Assembly: GCA_016201765.1 (NCBI GenBank)
Contig: JACQCE010000062.1
Location: 11,419-75,418, forward strand
DNA: 64,000 nucleotides
Reading direction: 5' to 3'
From: Nitrospirota bacterium
GTDB lineage: Bacteria > Nitrospirota > Nitrospiria > JACQCE01
In this document: in pieces, positions 36,419 through 45,727 of the stretch
How the letters are laid out: each line of letters begins with the position of its first letter
Position numbering within the stretch: position 1 is the first letter of the stretch
Program-made: the position numbers and the translations under genes
The notes under the pieces: generated by a model
Seen by the model: the letters and a program-made list of their open reading frames with translations, nothing else
What the model was told of the DNA's origin: nothing
The model's database searches: none

Positions 36419-38014
36419 ATGGAGTCCTCCCTTCAAGCTGCAAAGCCAAACTTCCTGATTGTCATTGGCGTGCTCACCGCTATCGTATGCGTTGCAACAT
36501 CGGCAACCTGTGCAACAGGCATCATTTCTGACGTTCCAGAAGCCAAAAATCTTCTCATCCAAGCAAGCCATATCGCCGCAAAAATTAATGACAAATGGCA
36601 TATTAATGAACAACATGCCCTGGAACGAATTGCCCTCGCCCAGATCAATATTCAGGCACTTGAAGATGCTTTCAACACACTGTCGCTCATCAAAGAGGGA
36701 GACAAAGATCAGATATTGATCGCGATTGCTAAAGCTCAAACCCAAATAGGTGACGTCAAGGCCGCTCAACAAACAGCCAAAATGTTTAGATCAGGAATCA
36801 ACCAAAGCCATGCTCTGGCGGCAATCGCCGCCGCACAAGCACAATCTGCAAACGTCGATGCTGCACTAAAAACCGCATCCCTCATTGATCCTAAGACATC
36901 AGGGTATGAAATAGCCTACCAACAAATTTCTCGAGCCCAAATAGCAGACGGCAATCTAGACAGCGCACTAGTGACGGCCTCCCCCATTATGGACATCACG
37001 CCCTATGCTTTATGGGGCGCCATGAACGACCTCGTCTCAATTGGGAATCTGGATAGTGCCCGTCAATTAGCATCAAAAATCCCTGACCCATATCAGAAAG
37101 GATATGCCCTTGAAGGGTTGGTCGTGGCGCAGCTTCAAACAGGAGACATTCAGGGAGCGTTACACACTGCCGCCTCCATTGAAGCCGGCCATCCTCAAGC
37201 AAGCGCGCTCAAAGCCATTGCCGATAAACAGTTGAAAACTGGAGACAGCTCGGCTGCCCGACACACCCTCCAAGACGCCATTCAAGCGACAACACGCATT
37301 ACTAATAGCGGTGATATTGCCAAATCGGACATCTTGTGGCGTATTGCCGCCACTCAAGCGGCCGCTGGCGATCTCAATGGGGCAAAAGTGACCGCCGCTG
37401 CCATTAAAACCGAAGCCCATAAAGCCTTCGCCTTTCACGATATTGCCAGAGCACAGATTGCTCGCGGCGATATCGAGGGCGCACGAAAAACGATCAAGCA
37501 GATTGCAGAAGAACCGATCAGCCAATCCAATACTCGCTCCGTCGCTGAGCTAGACATTGCCGGTGCTCAGGTCAAGGCTGGCCATCTTTCCGACGCAAAG
37601 GCAACTGTCGACAGCCTAAACAAAGAGTATCGACAGACCGGGCTGGGTACAATTGCCAGGGTGCAGGCTGAGACAGGGGATTTCACTGGAGCCATGGAAA
37701 CTGTTGCCGCGATCAAAGACACCGACGTCAAATCTTCTACACTGCATGAAATCGCCCAAGCACAAACAAATGCAGGGGATTTTAAAGGTGCCGTGCAAAC
37801 AGTCGCCTTGATTCCAGATCAAGAACCGCAATGGCAGAAATTCGACACCCTGCGTGACATTTCTCGCGCTAGAGTAAAGACAACAAACGCAAAAGAGGTT
37901 CTTGCTTGGGCGAATACGATTACAAATCCGCTGGAGCATTCGGCCGCTTTACTCGGCATCGCCGAGGGCTTAATAAAAGAAAACCACTCACTGCCCCATA
38001 TCACTGCCCCATAA
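36419..38014 (+). CDS. secreted/lipoprotein-like protein with about 12 tandem 33-aa alpha-helical (HEAT / PBS-lyase-like) repeats, encoded on a low-GC cassette
   Basis: Repeat consensus IAxAQxxxGDxxxAxxTAxxI. N-terminal hydrophobic signal FLIVIGVLTAIVCVATSATC. Strong RBS AAGGAGG. GC clearly lower than the flanks. Confidence 0.7.
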   Translation: MESSLQAAKPNFLIVIGVLTAIVCVATSATCATGIISDVPEAKNLLIQASHIAAKINDKWHINEQHALERIALAQINIQALEDAFNTLSLIKEGDKDQILIAIAKAQTQIGDVKAAQQTAKMFRSGINQSHALAAIAAAQAQSANVDAALKTASLIDPKTSGYEIAYQQISRAQIADGNLDSALVTASPIMDITPYALWGAMNDLVSIGNLDSARQLASKIPDPYQKGYALEGLVVAQLQTGDIQGALHTAASIEAGHPQASALKAIADKQLKTGDSSAARHTLQDAIQATTRITNSGDIAKSDILWRIAATQAAAGDLNGAKVTAAAIKTEAHKAFAFHDIARAQIARGDIEGARKTIKQIAEEPISQSNTRSVAELDIAGAQVKAGHLSDAKATVDSLNKEYRQTGLGTIARVQAETGDFTGAMETVAAIKDTDVKSSTLHEIAQAQTNAGDFKGAVQTVALIPDQEPQWQKFDTLRDISRARVKTTNAKEVLAWANTITNPLEHSAALLGIAEGLIKENHSLPHITAP

Positions 38015-38016
38015 AT

Positions 38017-38119
38017 AACGCCAAGGCGGTCATGCGCCACTACGCACGGGCATCCTACCGGTTGTTTTACTATCCGAACGACGGGCTGGAGGATCTGGGG
38101 TTCCGGTGCGTCAAACCGG
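38017..38119 (+). pseudogene. orphan duplicated 3' end of FGE-fold gene 3 (direct repeat copy 2)
   Basis: Encodes ...AKAVMRHYARASYRLFYYPNDGLEDLGFRCVKPV with no upstream gene body. Confidence 0.7.
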
Positions 38120-38125
38120 TATAGC

Positions 38126-38250
38126 AGTGACGAGTGTCGAGTGACAAGTGGCAAAAATGAAAATGCCGAATTTCGAATAAAGATCGCCTAACAATACTTC
38201 TACTCGACACTTGTCACTCGTCACTTATCACTATCACTCATCACTCGCCA
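38126..38250. repeat. palindromic array of GTGACGAGTG-type units
   Basis: gtgacgagtgtcgagtgacaagtggc ... AT-rich centre ... ctcgacacttgtcactcgtcacttatcactatcactcatcactcgccac. Confidence 0.55.
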
Positions 38251-38454
38251 CTATTCCTTCTTCCCCGTCGTATCAATCTTCAACCACGCGCTGATCGGAC
38301 AGTAGGCCGTCACGGCCGTCAGCAGGCCGGCAACCCCCACAATCCCGAAGACCACCTTCCAGACCAGTTGATCGGTGGCAAAAAACAGCGCCAGACAGAG
38401 AAATCCAACCCCGAAGCGAAAGATCCGGTCCACCATGCCGACGTTCTGCTTCAT
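38251..38454 (-). CDS. small membrane protein, DUF2892 (YgaP-like) family
   Basis: Two TM helices with the RIFRFGVGFLCLAL...AYCP pattern typical of DUF2892. Confidence 0.45.
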   Translation of the reverse strand: MKQNVGMVDRIFRFGVGFLCLALFFATDQLVWKVVFGIVGVAGLLTAVTAYCPISAWLKIDTTGKKE

Positions 38455-38520
38455 GACGACACCTCTGCGACCTTCGTCATTGCTGGAGAGCGGACTTGAA
38501 CCCACCCCTACGGCACAGGG

Positions 38521-39300
38521 CTATTCCTTCGTCGGGGGCTCGATCGTCTTGTCGGAGCGAAGCGTGCTCAGATAGGCGGTGATGGCCAGCGCCTCGTCAT
38601 CGGAGAGGCCGAAGTTTGGCATTTTCGTATCGCGCTTGATCGACTGCGGCGCCTTGATCCACCGGTAGACCCACCAGGGATTCAACCGGATGCCCGACCG
38701 GCTCAGATCGGGCCCCACATGGCCGCCCTTCTCATCGATGGCATGGCAGGAGGAGCAGACAAATTTTGACCGATAGAGATGCGCTCCCTTCTCCTCAAGC
38801 GCCTTCAACTGATCCGGTTTGTAGTCGGCCAGGCTGATCTTGGCGGTGACCTGGGCGGCATGCCGTTCCGTGCTCAACGGCTTGCTGAAATCGACCTTGC
38901 CCGCCTCATTCTTCTGCAGCGTGCGGACATAGGCCACGATCGACCAGCGCTCCTCGTCCGACAGCGTGTATTTGAACGTGGGCATGATCGCCGGCACCCA
39001 GTTGTCCTCGGGCTTGGTGTCCTTCTCTTCCACGATATCCCGGCTGAGCGTGGCGTAGATTTCCTCGTTCGTCTGGGGGCCGATGTACTCTTCCCTCGAG
39101 TCGGTCAAATCGCGGGGATGCGGGTCCAGGAATTTGGCGTTGAAGCCGTCACCCTTCCCCTTCGGCCCGTGGCAATGAATGCAGTAGTACTGGAAGAGCT
39201 CCCGCCCCTTCGTCACATGCGGATCCTGAAAAAAGCTGCATCCGCCAACCCCCACCATAATCGCCAGCACGGCGACCGCCCATCCGATCAGCTGTTTCAT
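38521..39300 (-). CDS. diheme cytochrome c
   Basis: Two CXXCH motifs (CIHCH, CSSCH). Signal peptide. Confidence 0.8.
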   Translation of the reverse strand: MKQLIGWAVAVLAIMVGVGGCSFFQDPHVTKGRELFQYYCIHCHGPKGKGDGFNAKFLDPHPRDLTDSREEYIGPQTNEEIYATLSRDIVEEKDTKPEDNWVPAIMPTFKYTLSDEERWSIVAYVRTLQKNEAGKVDFSKPLSTERHAAQVTAKISLADYKPDQLKALEEKGAHLYRSKFVCSSCHAIDEKGGHVGPDLSRSGIRLNPWWVYRWIKAPQSIKRDTKMPNFGLSDDEALAITAYLSTLRSDKTIEPPTKE

Positions 39301-39593
39301 GGCGTTGATCCCTTCTTCTTCGATCCGGTCTCTTTTGAACCGGTTTTTTCCAGGTCCGCCACGGCGGCCTCGGCCAGACCGATGATCCGTTCCATCTGAC
39401 GGATCCGCTCCTCCGGTGTCACGGCGGGCCCCAGTATCACCGGCTCGGGGCCCTGTTCCGCTTCGGATTCTTCGACCCCCTCAATGACGACCTTCTTGTG
39501 CACCGGCAACGCCAGCCAGCCACCGAGGATCACCACCACGCAGACGGTGATAAAGACGGTCAGAAACAATCCCTGATCTTTCGGCGGCTGCAC
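39297..39593 (-). CDS. small membrane protein, function unknown
   Basis: 98 aa. One TM helix. Stop/start overlap with its neighbours in the operon. Confidence 0.35.
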   Translation of the reverse strand: MQPPKDQGLFLTVFITVCVVVILGGWLALPVHKKVVIEGVEESEAEQGPEPVILGPAVTPEERIRQMERIIGLAEAAVADLEKTGSKETGSKKKGSTP

Positions 39594-39596
39594 GCG

Positions 39597-40676
39597 TCAC
39601 TCCCGAAACATGATGGCCCGGACCGTGAGGATGACGATCGACGTCATCACCACCACCCAGGAAGTCAGGGCGATCGGCCGTTTGAAAATGTTCCGCTCTG
39701 GGCTCCGGTCGATGAACGGCAACGCCGCCAGGAGCAGCAGGAAGAGCGTAGGGAGCAGAATAGCTCCAAGGAACTCGCCAAACTCGCCGGAGAAGAGGAA
39801 CGCCAGCGCCGGATCCCTGAGCAATTGGAACAGGAACAGGAAATACCATTCCGGTTCCGGGTTCAGTCCGGAGGCGACCGGACTGGCCTCCTCCAGCATT
39901 TCGTGCGGCCATCGAACGGCCAGCGTGCAGACGATGACGAACACCAGCCCCATGACCACAATATCCTTCCAGACCTGCGTCGGGAAGAAGTATTCCATCT
40001 TCTCCTTGAGCTCTTTCGTGGTGCCTCGAAACGGGCCCGCCGGACCGGCTTTTCGAAACAGAAAAATATGCAGACCGGCCACCGCCATCAACGCGGCGGG
40101 CAGGATCATGATGTGGATCACAAAAAAGCGGCTCAGCGTCTGGGCCCCAGGCACGGGACCGCCCCGAAGGAAGCGCCCCAGGAAATCACCGAGGATCGGC
40201 GCCTTGTCGACGATCTCAATGCCGATCACCGTGGCCCAGTAGGACCGCTGGTCCCACGGCAGCAGATAGCCGGTAAATCCGAAGCCGATGACGATCAGGA
40301 ACAACAGGAGGCCGGCCAGCCAGACCATCTCGCGCGGTTTCTTGTAGGCGCCCCAGAGATAGACCTGGGAGATGTGCATGATCAGCACCGCCACCATGGC
40401 GGACGATCCCCACAGGTGATAGCTGAGGATGAACCAGCCGAAGTCGACCTTTTCGATGATGTATTTGGTGCTTTCCCAGGCGTGATCGGCGGTGGGGGCG
40501 TAATAGAACATCAACAGCAGGCCGGTGACCGCCTGCATGATGAAGATGAACAAGAGCGCCGACCCGAAGACGTAGGCGTAGCGGGCGCCGCCGGCCATCG
40601 GCTCGTTGAGCATCTTGGCCTGGAGGCCCTTCAGGTCGATCCGTTCGTCAATCCATCGATAGACAGCCTCAAACAT
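39597..40676 (-). CDS. cytochrome b (bc1/b6f complex cytochrome b subunit)
   Basis: Heme-ligand and Qo-site motifs (YYAPTADHAWESTKYI, LPWDQRSYWAT/PEW-like, HIMILP). 8 TM helices. Start at the internal ATG (MFEAVYRW), 2 nt after the Rieske stop. Confidence 0.8.
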   Translation of the reverse strand: MFEAVYRWIDERIDLKGLQAKMLNEPMAGGARYAYVFGSALLFIFIMQAVTGLLLMFYYAPTADHAWESTKYIIEKVDFGWFILSYHLWGSSAMVAVLIMHISQVYLWGAYKKPREMVWLAGLLLFLIVIGFGFTGYLLPWDQRSYWATVIGIEIVDKAPILGDFLGRFLRGGPVPGAQTLSRFFVIHIMILPAALMAVAGLHIFLFRKAGPAGPFRGTTKELKEKMEYFFPTQVWKDIVVMGLVFVIVCTLAVRWPHEMLEEASPVASGLNPEPEWYFLFLFQLLRDPALAFLFSGEFGEFLGAILLPTLFLLLLAALPFIDRSPERNIFKRPIALTSWVVVMTSIVILTVRAIMFRE

Positions 40677-40678
40677 AA

Positions 40679-41617
40679 CTAGGCGATCCGGACCTGTTCG
40701 GCCTTGCCGGCCTTGAACTCCATGTCGATGATTTCCACCTCGCCGCTGCCGGAAATTTTCAACGGGAGCACGTCGAGGCGGCGCGGCGCGGGACCATCCA
40801 ACACCGTGCCGCTTGGATCGAAGACGCTCAAATGACAGGGACAGACGAAAACCTGGCCAAACCGCTTGTGTTTCCGCCAGCGAAAGGCGCAGCCCAGATG
40901 CGTGCACTTGCCGGAGAGCACGGCGATGTCCGCGTCCTTCTTGTTGACCCAGATCAGGGTGCCCTTGTCATCACGGAATTCATGATCGCCGTTCGGATAG
41001 ATTTTGTCCCTCAATTCCGGCGTCAATTTGATCACCCAGTGGGATTTCTCGTAGTGCCGGGTGATGTATCCTTCGAGAACCGTTTTCTGGAATTTAAAGA
41101 GCTTGGGCACCCCGGGCTCCTGCCCCATGGCGTTGATCGCGCCCAGTTTGATCCAGAGGTTGGTGAACGGTTGATACAGCGGATAGATCAGATAGCGCAC
41201 CACCGGGAACACCAGGGGCAGCGCCAACATGGCGCCGATCACGTTTGTAAACCGGGTGAAAAACTGCCGGCGGGACAGGTCCTTCTCGAGCACGGGCAGC
41301 GGCACCAGCACCCCGCCGGGAGTCACCTGATCGAGATTGCGCTCCAGATGGGGAATCTCCACATCGTGGATCGTGACGAAATCGTCGCGCCGAAACGGCG
41401 CGGACGCCGCCGCAAGGGCGCCGGAGGCGCACGTCAACCGAACCTCCCGCTCGGTGCAGCCGGCGATGAGACCGTCGATCGCCACGACCGATTCCCGGCC
41501 GTCGGCCTTGATCACCAGATGGCTGACGGACTTGGCAATCGGATCGGCGATGACGTACGAGACTTCGCCGACCTCCCGATCGGTGCAGATGACTTTGGCT
41601 GTGATCCTGGGCTGCAT
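40679..41617 (-). CDS. Rieske [2Fe-2S] protein with about 110-aa N-terminal extension
   Basis: CTHLGC...CPCH Rieske boxes. Preceded by a TM helix and an extra N-terminal domain. Confidence 0.8.
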   Translation of the reverse strand: MQPRITAKVICTDREVGEVSYVIADPIAKSVSHLVIKADGRESVVAIDGLIAGCTEREVRLTCASGALAAASAPFRRDDFVTIHDVEIPHLERNLDQVTPGGVLVPLPVLEKDLSRRQFFTRFTNVIGAMLALPLVFPVVRYLIYPLYQPFTNLWIKLGAINAMGQEPGVPKLFKFQKTVLEGYITRHYEKSHWVIKLTPELRDKIYPNGDHEFRDDKGTLIWVNKKDADIAVLSGKCTHLGCAFRWRKHKRFGQVFVCPCHLSVFDPSGTVLDGPAPRRLDVLPLKISGSGEVEIIDMEFKAGKAEQVRIA

Positions 41618-41632
41618 CCCGTCACCGCACCA

Positions 41633-42493
41633 TTACTTGACAGAATAGCCCGGCGGGAAGACCGGCTGGGGGGTATCCGCGGCCGTATTTTTGAGCGTCA
41701 GCAGGAACGTGACAAGGGCGTGCAGTTCTTCTTCGCTCATGACTTCGGCAAATTTCTCCGGCATCTTGTCCTTCCCCTCCGCCTGTTTTTCAAATCCCTT
41801 GGCATGCCAGGCTTTGGGGTGGAAGACCTTGTCCTTGAGCTGCGCCTCGGTGGCCAGGTTGCCGATGTTCTCAAGAATGGGCCCGCGCTTTTTGCTCTTC
41901 TTGCCGCCGATCTGGTGGCAGTTGTAGCATTCGTGATCCTGGAACACCAGTTTGCCCCGCTCGACCGGATCCATGCCGGAGAGATTGGCGGCGGGCGCCG
42001 AGGCGGGCTTCGCCGGGGCGGAGGCCTCAACCGATCCGACCTCCAAATGGGCGCCGGCGGCCTGCAACTGGTTCAGCTTGGCCGCCAGCTCATCCGCCTT
42101 GGCTGAGAGCTCTTTCGTCCGTTGCATCAAGGAGGCGGTTTGTTCATCGCTTAGACGATATTTGACGGTTTTCCTCGCGATGCCGGCGACTTCAATCTTC
42201 GAATCAAATTGGGGCAGCAGGGTGCCGGCGGTCACCAGAATCGCCGAACAAATCAGGTAAAACACGATAATGCCGAGCCCGGCCTTCCAGCCCATGAGCG
42301 GCGTGGGCGATGGCGCGTCAAGCGCGACAAAAATGATCAATCCCAGCACCGCATAACTGACATACATCCATTGAAAAATCCTGGGAAAGCCCAACGATCC
42401 GCTGACAAACCACAACGCCACGGCGGCGACCACCGCGGCCACGAGCTTCCAGCGGATAATCTGCATCCAGCTTTTGGGTGCGTGTGCGCTCAT
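41633..42493 (-). CDS. membrane-anchored monoheme cytochrome c
   Basis: C-terminal CYNCH. N-terminal TM segments. ATGA overlap with the upstream bd-like gene. Confidence 0.7.
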   Translation of the reverse strand: MSAHAPKSWMQIIRWKLVAAVVAAVALWFVSGSLGFPRIFQWMYVSYAVLGLIIFVALDAPSPTPLMGWKAGLGIIVFYLICSAILVTAGTLLPQFDSKIEVAGIARKTVKYRLSDEQTASLMQRTKELSAKADELAAKLNQLQAAGAHLEVGSVEASAPAKPASAPAANLSGMDPVERGKLVFQDHECYNCHQIGGKKSKKRGPILENIGNLATEAQLKDKVFHPKAWHAKGFEKQAEGKDKMPEKFAEVMSEEELHALVTFLLTLKNTAADTPQPVFPPGYSVK

Positions 42494-44406
42494 GATTGCG
42501 CCCCCTTCTTCGCCGTATGCCCGGCTCCGAGCGCCAGCCAGATCGCCAGGCTGACCACCGCGAAGAAAATGACCGCCAAGATCGTAATCACCACGGCTGA
42601 ATAGCCCAACGTCGGCGTAAAGTTGTTCGGGCTCAAATCCGGGAGAACATCGTAGATGTGAAAATATTTTCTCAGCGAGGAACGGATCACACCCATCAAT
42701 CCCATCGTCCAGATTGCGCCGAAGGCCAGAAAGATCAACGCAAACTGCGAGGAAAAGTCGATTTTGCCCCATCGGATCGTGCCGCGTTTGATCGCCCGTG
42801 TGTACAGGATGAAGCTCACCAGAATCATCAACACCATCAGCCCCACGGCGGTCAGTTTGGCCGGCATCAACGCCAGAAAATCCCAGTTCGACGGCAGCGA
42901 CAGAAACGCTTCATTCTCGTCGGTCAGCGAGGAGACGGCCCCCACAAACGCGTGCGGCGTCATCCAGGTGGCGTTCCCGAGCAGCAGGATCAGGAAGGCG
43001 CATTTGATCACCAGTTCACGACGGCGCAGGCCGAACCGCTCGAGCGCCAGCAGCAACTGCGCCAACAACCGGACGGGCAGCACCAACAGACTGCGGCCCG
43101 GCGACGACGACGAACCGCGCGTCATCGCATTGGACGAACTGGCAATGAGCACCGCCAGGGGGAAGAGGAGGAGCAGCAACGACAAGCCCAGCCCCTCGTG
43201 GGCATGCAAGGAGAAGACGTAGAAAATCGATCCGAGGAGCGCGCCCTGCCCGACCAGAAACGCGATCCCTGCGCCCCACTGCCCGTTGTACATCTGCCCC
43301 AGCCCCGGGACGATAGCCGACAACACACCCGCGACAAGTTTCTGGGACACCGCAGTGGAATAATCCGGGATCTCAATCCGTTTCAGACTCATCCAGATGT
43401 AATAGGCGCTTGCCAGAAAAATCAGGCCGATCATCCCCCCTTGCATGATGAAAAACATCGAGAGTTGGTCGGCCATCATGTACGGACCGATCGAAGCGTC
43501 ATAATCATAGAATTCGGCGGCGTACACATACCCCATCAACGGCAACACCAGCAACGCGCTGATCCCGATGAAGTTGCCGACGAACCCCATCCAGTCGTAG
43601 TAGGCGCGTTCTTCATCCGTCTTGGAGAACATGTACATGTACGCGGCAATCAATCCGGTGATAAACCCGCCGAATGTGACATTGCCGGCCAGACGGTGGA
43701 AGTTCATCGGCATCCAGCTGAAGTTGTTCATCTTGTCCCAGAGCGTCGCCGTCGTCTCGATAAAGTCCCGAAGGTTCATGGTCATCCCCTCGGGGGCCTT
43801 GACCGGCGTATTCATAAACGACGTGGGACCATCGATCGCGAACAACGTCACGATCCCGATCACATTGAGCAGCACCCCGATGGCCAGGTGGCGGCCCTTC
43901 TTGTCGCCCTGCAGTCCATCCCATGTGTACCAGTAGAAATACAGGACCAACGTCTCGAGGATAAACAACAGGGGATAGCCGATGCCCATGATCAGAAAGA
44001 AGTGATTGAACAACCAGCCGGTGAAATCGGGATAAAGGGTCACCAGCGCCAGCAGGAAGAAGCCCCCCGTCAGGGCGGTCATGCTGTAGAGGATGGCCGT
44101 GATCTTCGTGACTTCCTTGGCGAGCCGGTCGTATTTCGGATCATGGCTCCGCACCCCCAGCCATTCCGAGATCACCACGAAAATCGGCGCCCCAAGAACA
44201 AACGCGGCAAACAGAATATGGAGCTGGGCCAGCGCCCAGACCGCCACCCGATTGCCCACATACGGGAAATGCGCGGGCTTGAGGATTTCAATCGTTTGGG
44301 CCAGCACCGACGGGGCGACCAGCGCCACCAAGATGGCGCAGGCAGTCAGCACAACCATTGCTCGCCCCCAGCCCGAATGGCGGGATGTCCGCATTCCAGC
44401 TCTCAT
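42490..44406 (-). CDS. cytochrome bd-like oxidase subunit I (CydA-like) membrane protein, no cydB partner
   Basis: 14 TM helices. N-terminal similarity to CydA (LHILFAAFVLG vs YHFLFVPLTLG; IGYPLLFILETLVLYFYWYTW vs [23 protein letters not shown]). Confidence 0.65.
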   Translation of the reverse strand: MRAGMRTSRHSGWGRAMVVLTACAILVALVAPSVLAQTIEILKPAHFPYVGNRVAVWALAQLHILFAAFVLGAPIFVVISEWLGVRSHDPKYDRLAKEVTKITAILYSMTALTGGFFLLALVTLYPDFTGWLFNHFFLIMGIGYPLLFILETLVLYFYWYTWDGLQGDKKGRHLAIGVLLNVIGIVTLFAIDGPTSFMNTPVKAPEGMTMNLRDFIETTATLWDKMNNFSWMPMNFHRLAGNVTFGGFITGLIAAYMYMFSKTDEERAYYDWMGFVGNFIGISALLVLPLMGYVYAAEFYDYDASIGPYMMADQLSMFFIMQGGMIGLIFLASAYYIWMSLKRIEIPDYSTAVSQKLVAGVLSAIVPGLGQMYNGQWGAGIAFLVGQGALLGSIFYVFSLHAHEGLGLSLLLLLFPLAVLIASSSNAMTRGSSSSPGRSLLVLPVRLLAQLLLALERFGLRRRELVIKCAFLILLLGNATWMTPHAFVGAVSSLTDENEAFLSLPSNWDFLALMPAKLTAVGLMVLMILVSFILYTRAIKRGTIRWGKIDFSSQFALIFLAFGAIWTMGLMGVIRSSLRKYFHIYDVLPDLSPNNFTPTLGYSAVVITILAVIFFAVVSLAIWLALGAGHTAKKGAQS

Positions 44407-44411
44407 GTCCG

Positions 44412-44930
44412 TCACTGTGCCGGCGGTGGGACGTACTCTTTGCTGTGATCGGCCGGTTGCCCTCCATGTGCGAAGGTATTCTCGTAGGCCATCACCTTCC
44501 AGCGTTGTTCCTCGGTCAATTTGGTCTTCCACGCCTTCATCTTGGTGTTCGGCACCCCTTCGGAAATTCTCCAGAACCAGAAGCTGTCGGAGAAGTGTTT
44601 CATGTTCTCACCCACGCGGAAATCGCGGGCCCCGCGCTTCTTGGGCTTGCCGTCCCGGCCGTGGCAGCTGGCGCAGTTGACGTCCACGTCGAGTTTGCCT
44701 TCAAAAATATCTTTGCCTTCCGCCACAATCTTGGGATCCATCCACCACCCGTCCGGCATGTGCTTGTCGGCATATTCGGCGGGCACCGGCGGGAAGACCA
44801 CCGGGTTTTCCCCGCCCCCCTCGCCGCACCCGAAGATGAATAATAAAGACATGACCGACAGCCCCGCCGCCACTCGACCCATCTGCACTCGCCCCATCCG
44901 ATCCGACTCCTTTCTGTGCCGTGTCACCAA
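44412..44930 (-). CDS. monoheme cytochrome c lipoprotein
   Basis: CASCH motif. Signal with lipobox-like LLFIFGC. Confidence 0.7.
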   Translation of the reverse strand: MVTRHRKESDRMGRVQMGRVAAGLSVMSLLFIFGCGEGGGENPVVFPPVPAEYADKHMPDGWWMDPKIVAEGKDIFEGKLDVDVNCASCHGRDGKPKKRGARDFRVGENMKHFSDSFWFWRISEGVPNTKMKAWKTKLTEEQRWKVMAYENTFAHGGQPADHSKEYVPPPAQ

Positions 44931-45001
44931 TGCGCCCCGTTTGCCGGGAAACGCATCAAGCTGTTATCGCCTCATCCTCAGGAAAAACCGCGCAGTCCCC
45001 A

Positions 45002-45538
45002 TCAGGCCCGGCGCTTTTTCAGCGACCGTCCCCCCTTCGCCCGGCCGGCGCGCGATCGGGCATACAACGCCACCGACACGCCGGCAAGCACGGCCAGCAC
45101 CGCACCGCCCCCCCACCAGAACTGATTCACGCTCTGCCCGCCGGGTTGAGCTGCCGGCGCGGCTGCGGCCCCGAAACTTACCTCCATCCGCCGTTCAGTT
45201 GACTTATCCTGTGGATTAAATTCGGCCGAGATCCGTTTGGTGTCATCGCCAGTGGAGACCTCAATCGGTTCGCCCAGATCGGTGTCATGAACATGGAGGG
45301 TCGATTCATAGTAGCCCTGCCGGTCGGTAAACGCCGTGGCGCCCTCTCCCAAGCGCGTTGCGCTGATGATCACACGGGCGTCGGCGACCGGCTTGCCCTG
45401 GGCGTCCCTGACAGTGCCGTAGATGGTCAACCGATGATCGACCTCGTGCATCGCCAGCGCCACTGAGCCATCCCATGCCCCACCCCCGAGCATCGCTCCC
45501 AACAGCAGCAGCACCCGCCAGATCCGCCGGCGGTTCAT
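45002..45538 (-). CDS. secreted protein with carboxypeptidase-regulatory-like beta-sandwich domain and C-terminal TM anchor
   Basis: TIYGTVRDAQGKPVADARV is CarbopepD_reg-like. Signal peptide. C-terminal hydrophobic helix followed by basic residues. Confidence 0.45.
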   Translation of the reverse strand: MNRRRIWRVLLLLGAMLGGGAWDGSVALAMHEVDHRLTIYGTVRDAQGKPVADARVIISATRLGEGATAFTDRQGYYESTLHVHDTDLGEPIEVSTGDDTKRISAEFNPQDKSTERRMEVSFGAAAAPAAQPGGQSVNQFWWGGGAVLAVLAGVSVALYARSRAGRAKGGRSLKKRRA

Positions 45539-45727
45539 TCGGCCTCTTGCGCCGTTGTTTTTCCCCAGCACAGCGCACACACCATAGAACCGTCGATCAA
45601 CAGAGGCCGCATCCGATACCGATATAAAACCAAATCTTTCTGCCGAATAAGGCCACACTTATAGCATAGGGGGTCTGTAATGTCAACAAAAAATGGGCGT
45701 CGCCACAACCTCGAAACTCTCGTCAAA

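Noticed and set aside
37819-38154. Minus-strand 111-aa ORF (and its twin 35968..36303)
   Set aside because: Both are antisense translations of the duplicated 103-bp FGE 3'-end repeat, not independent genes.
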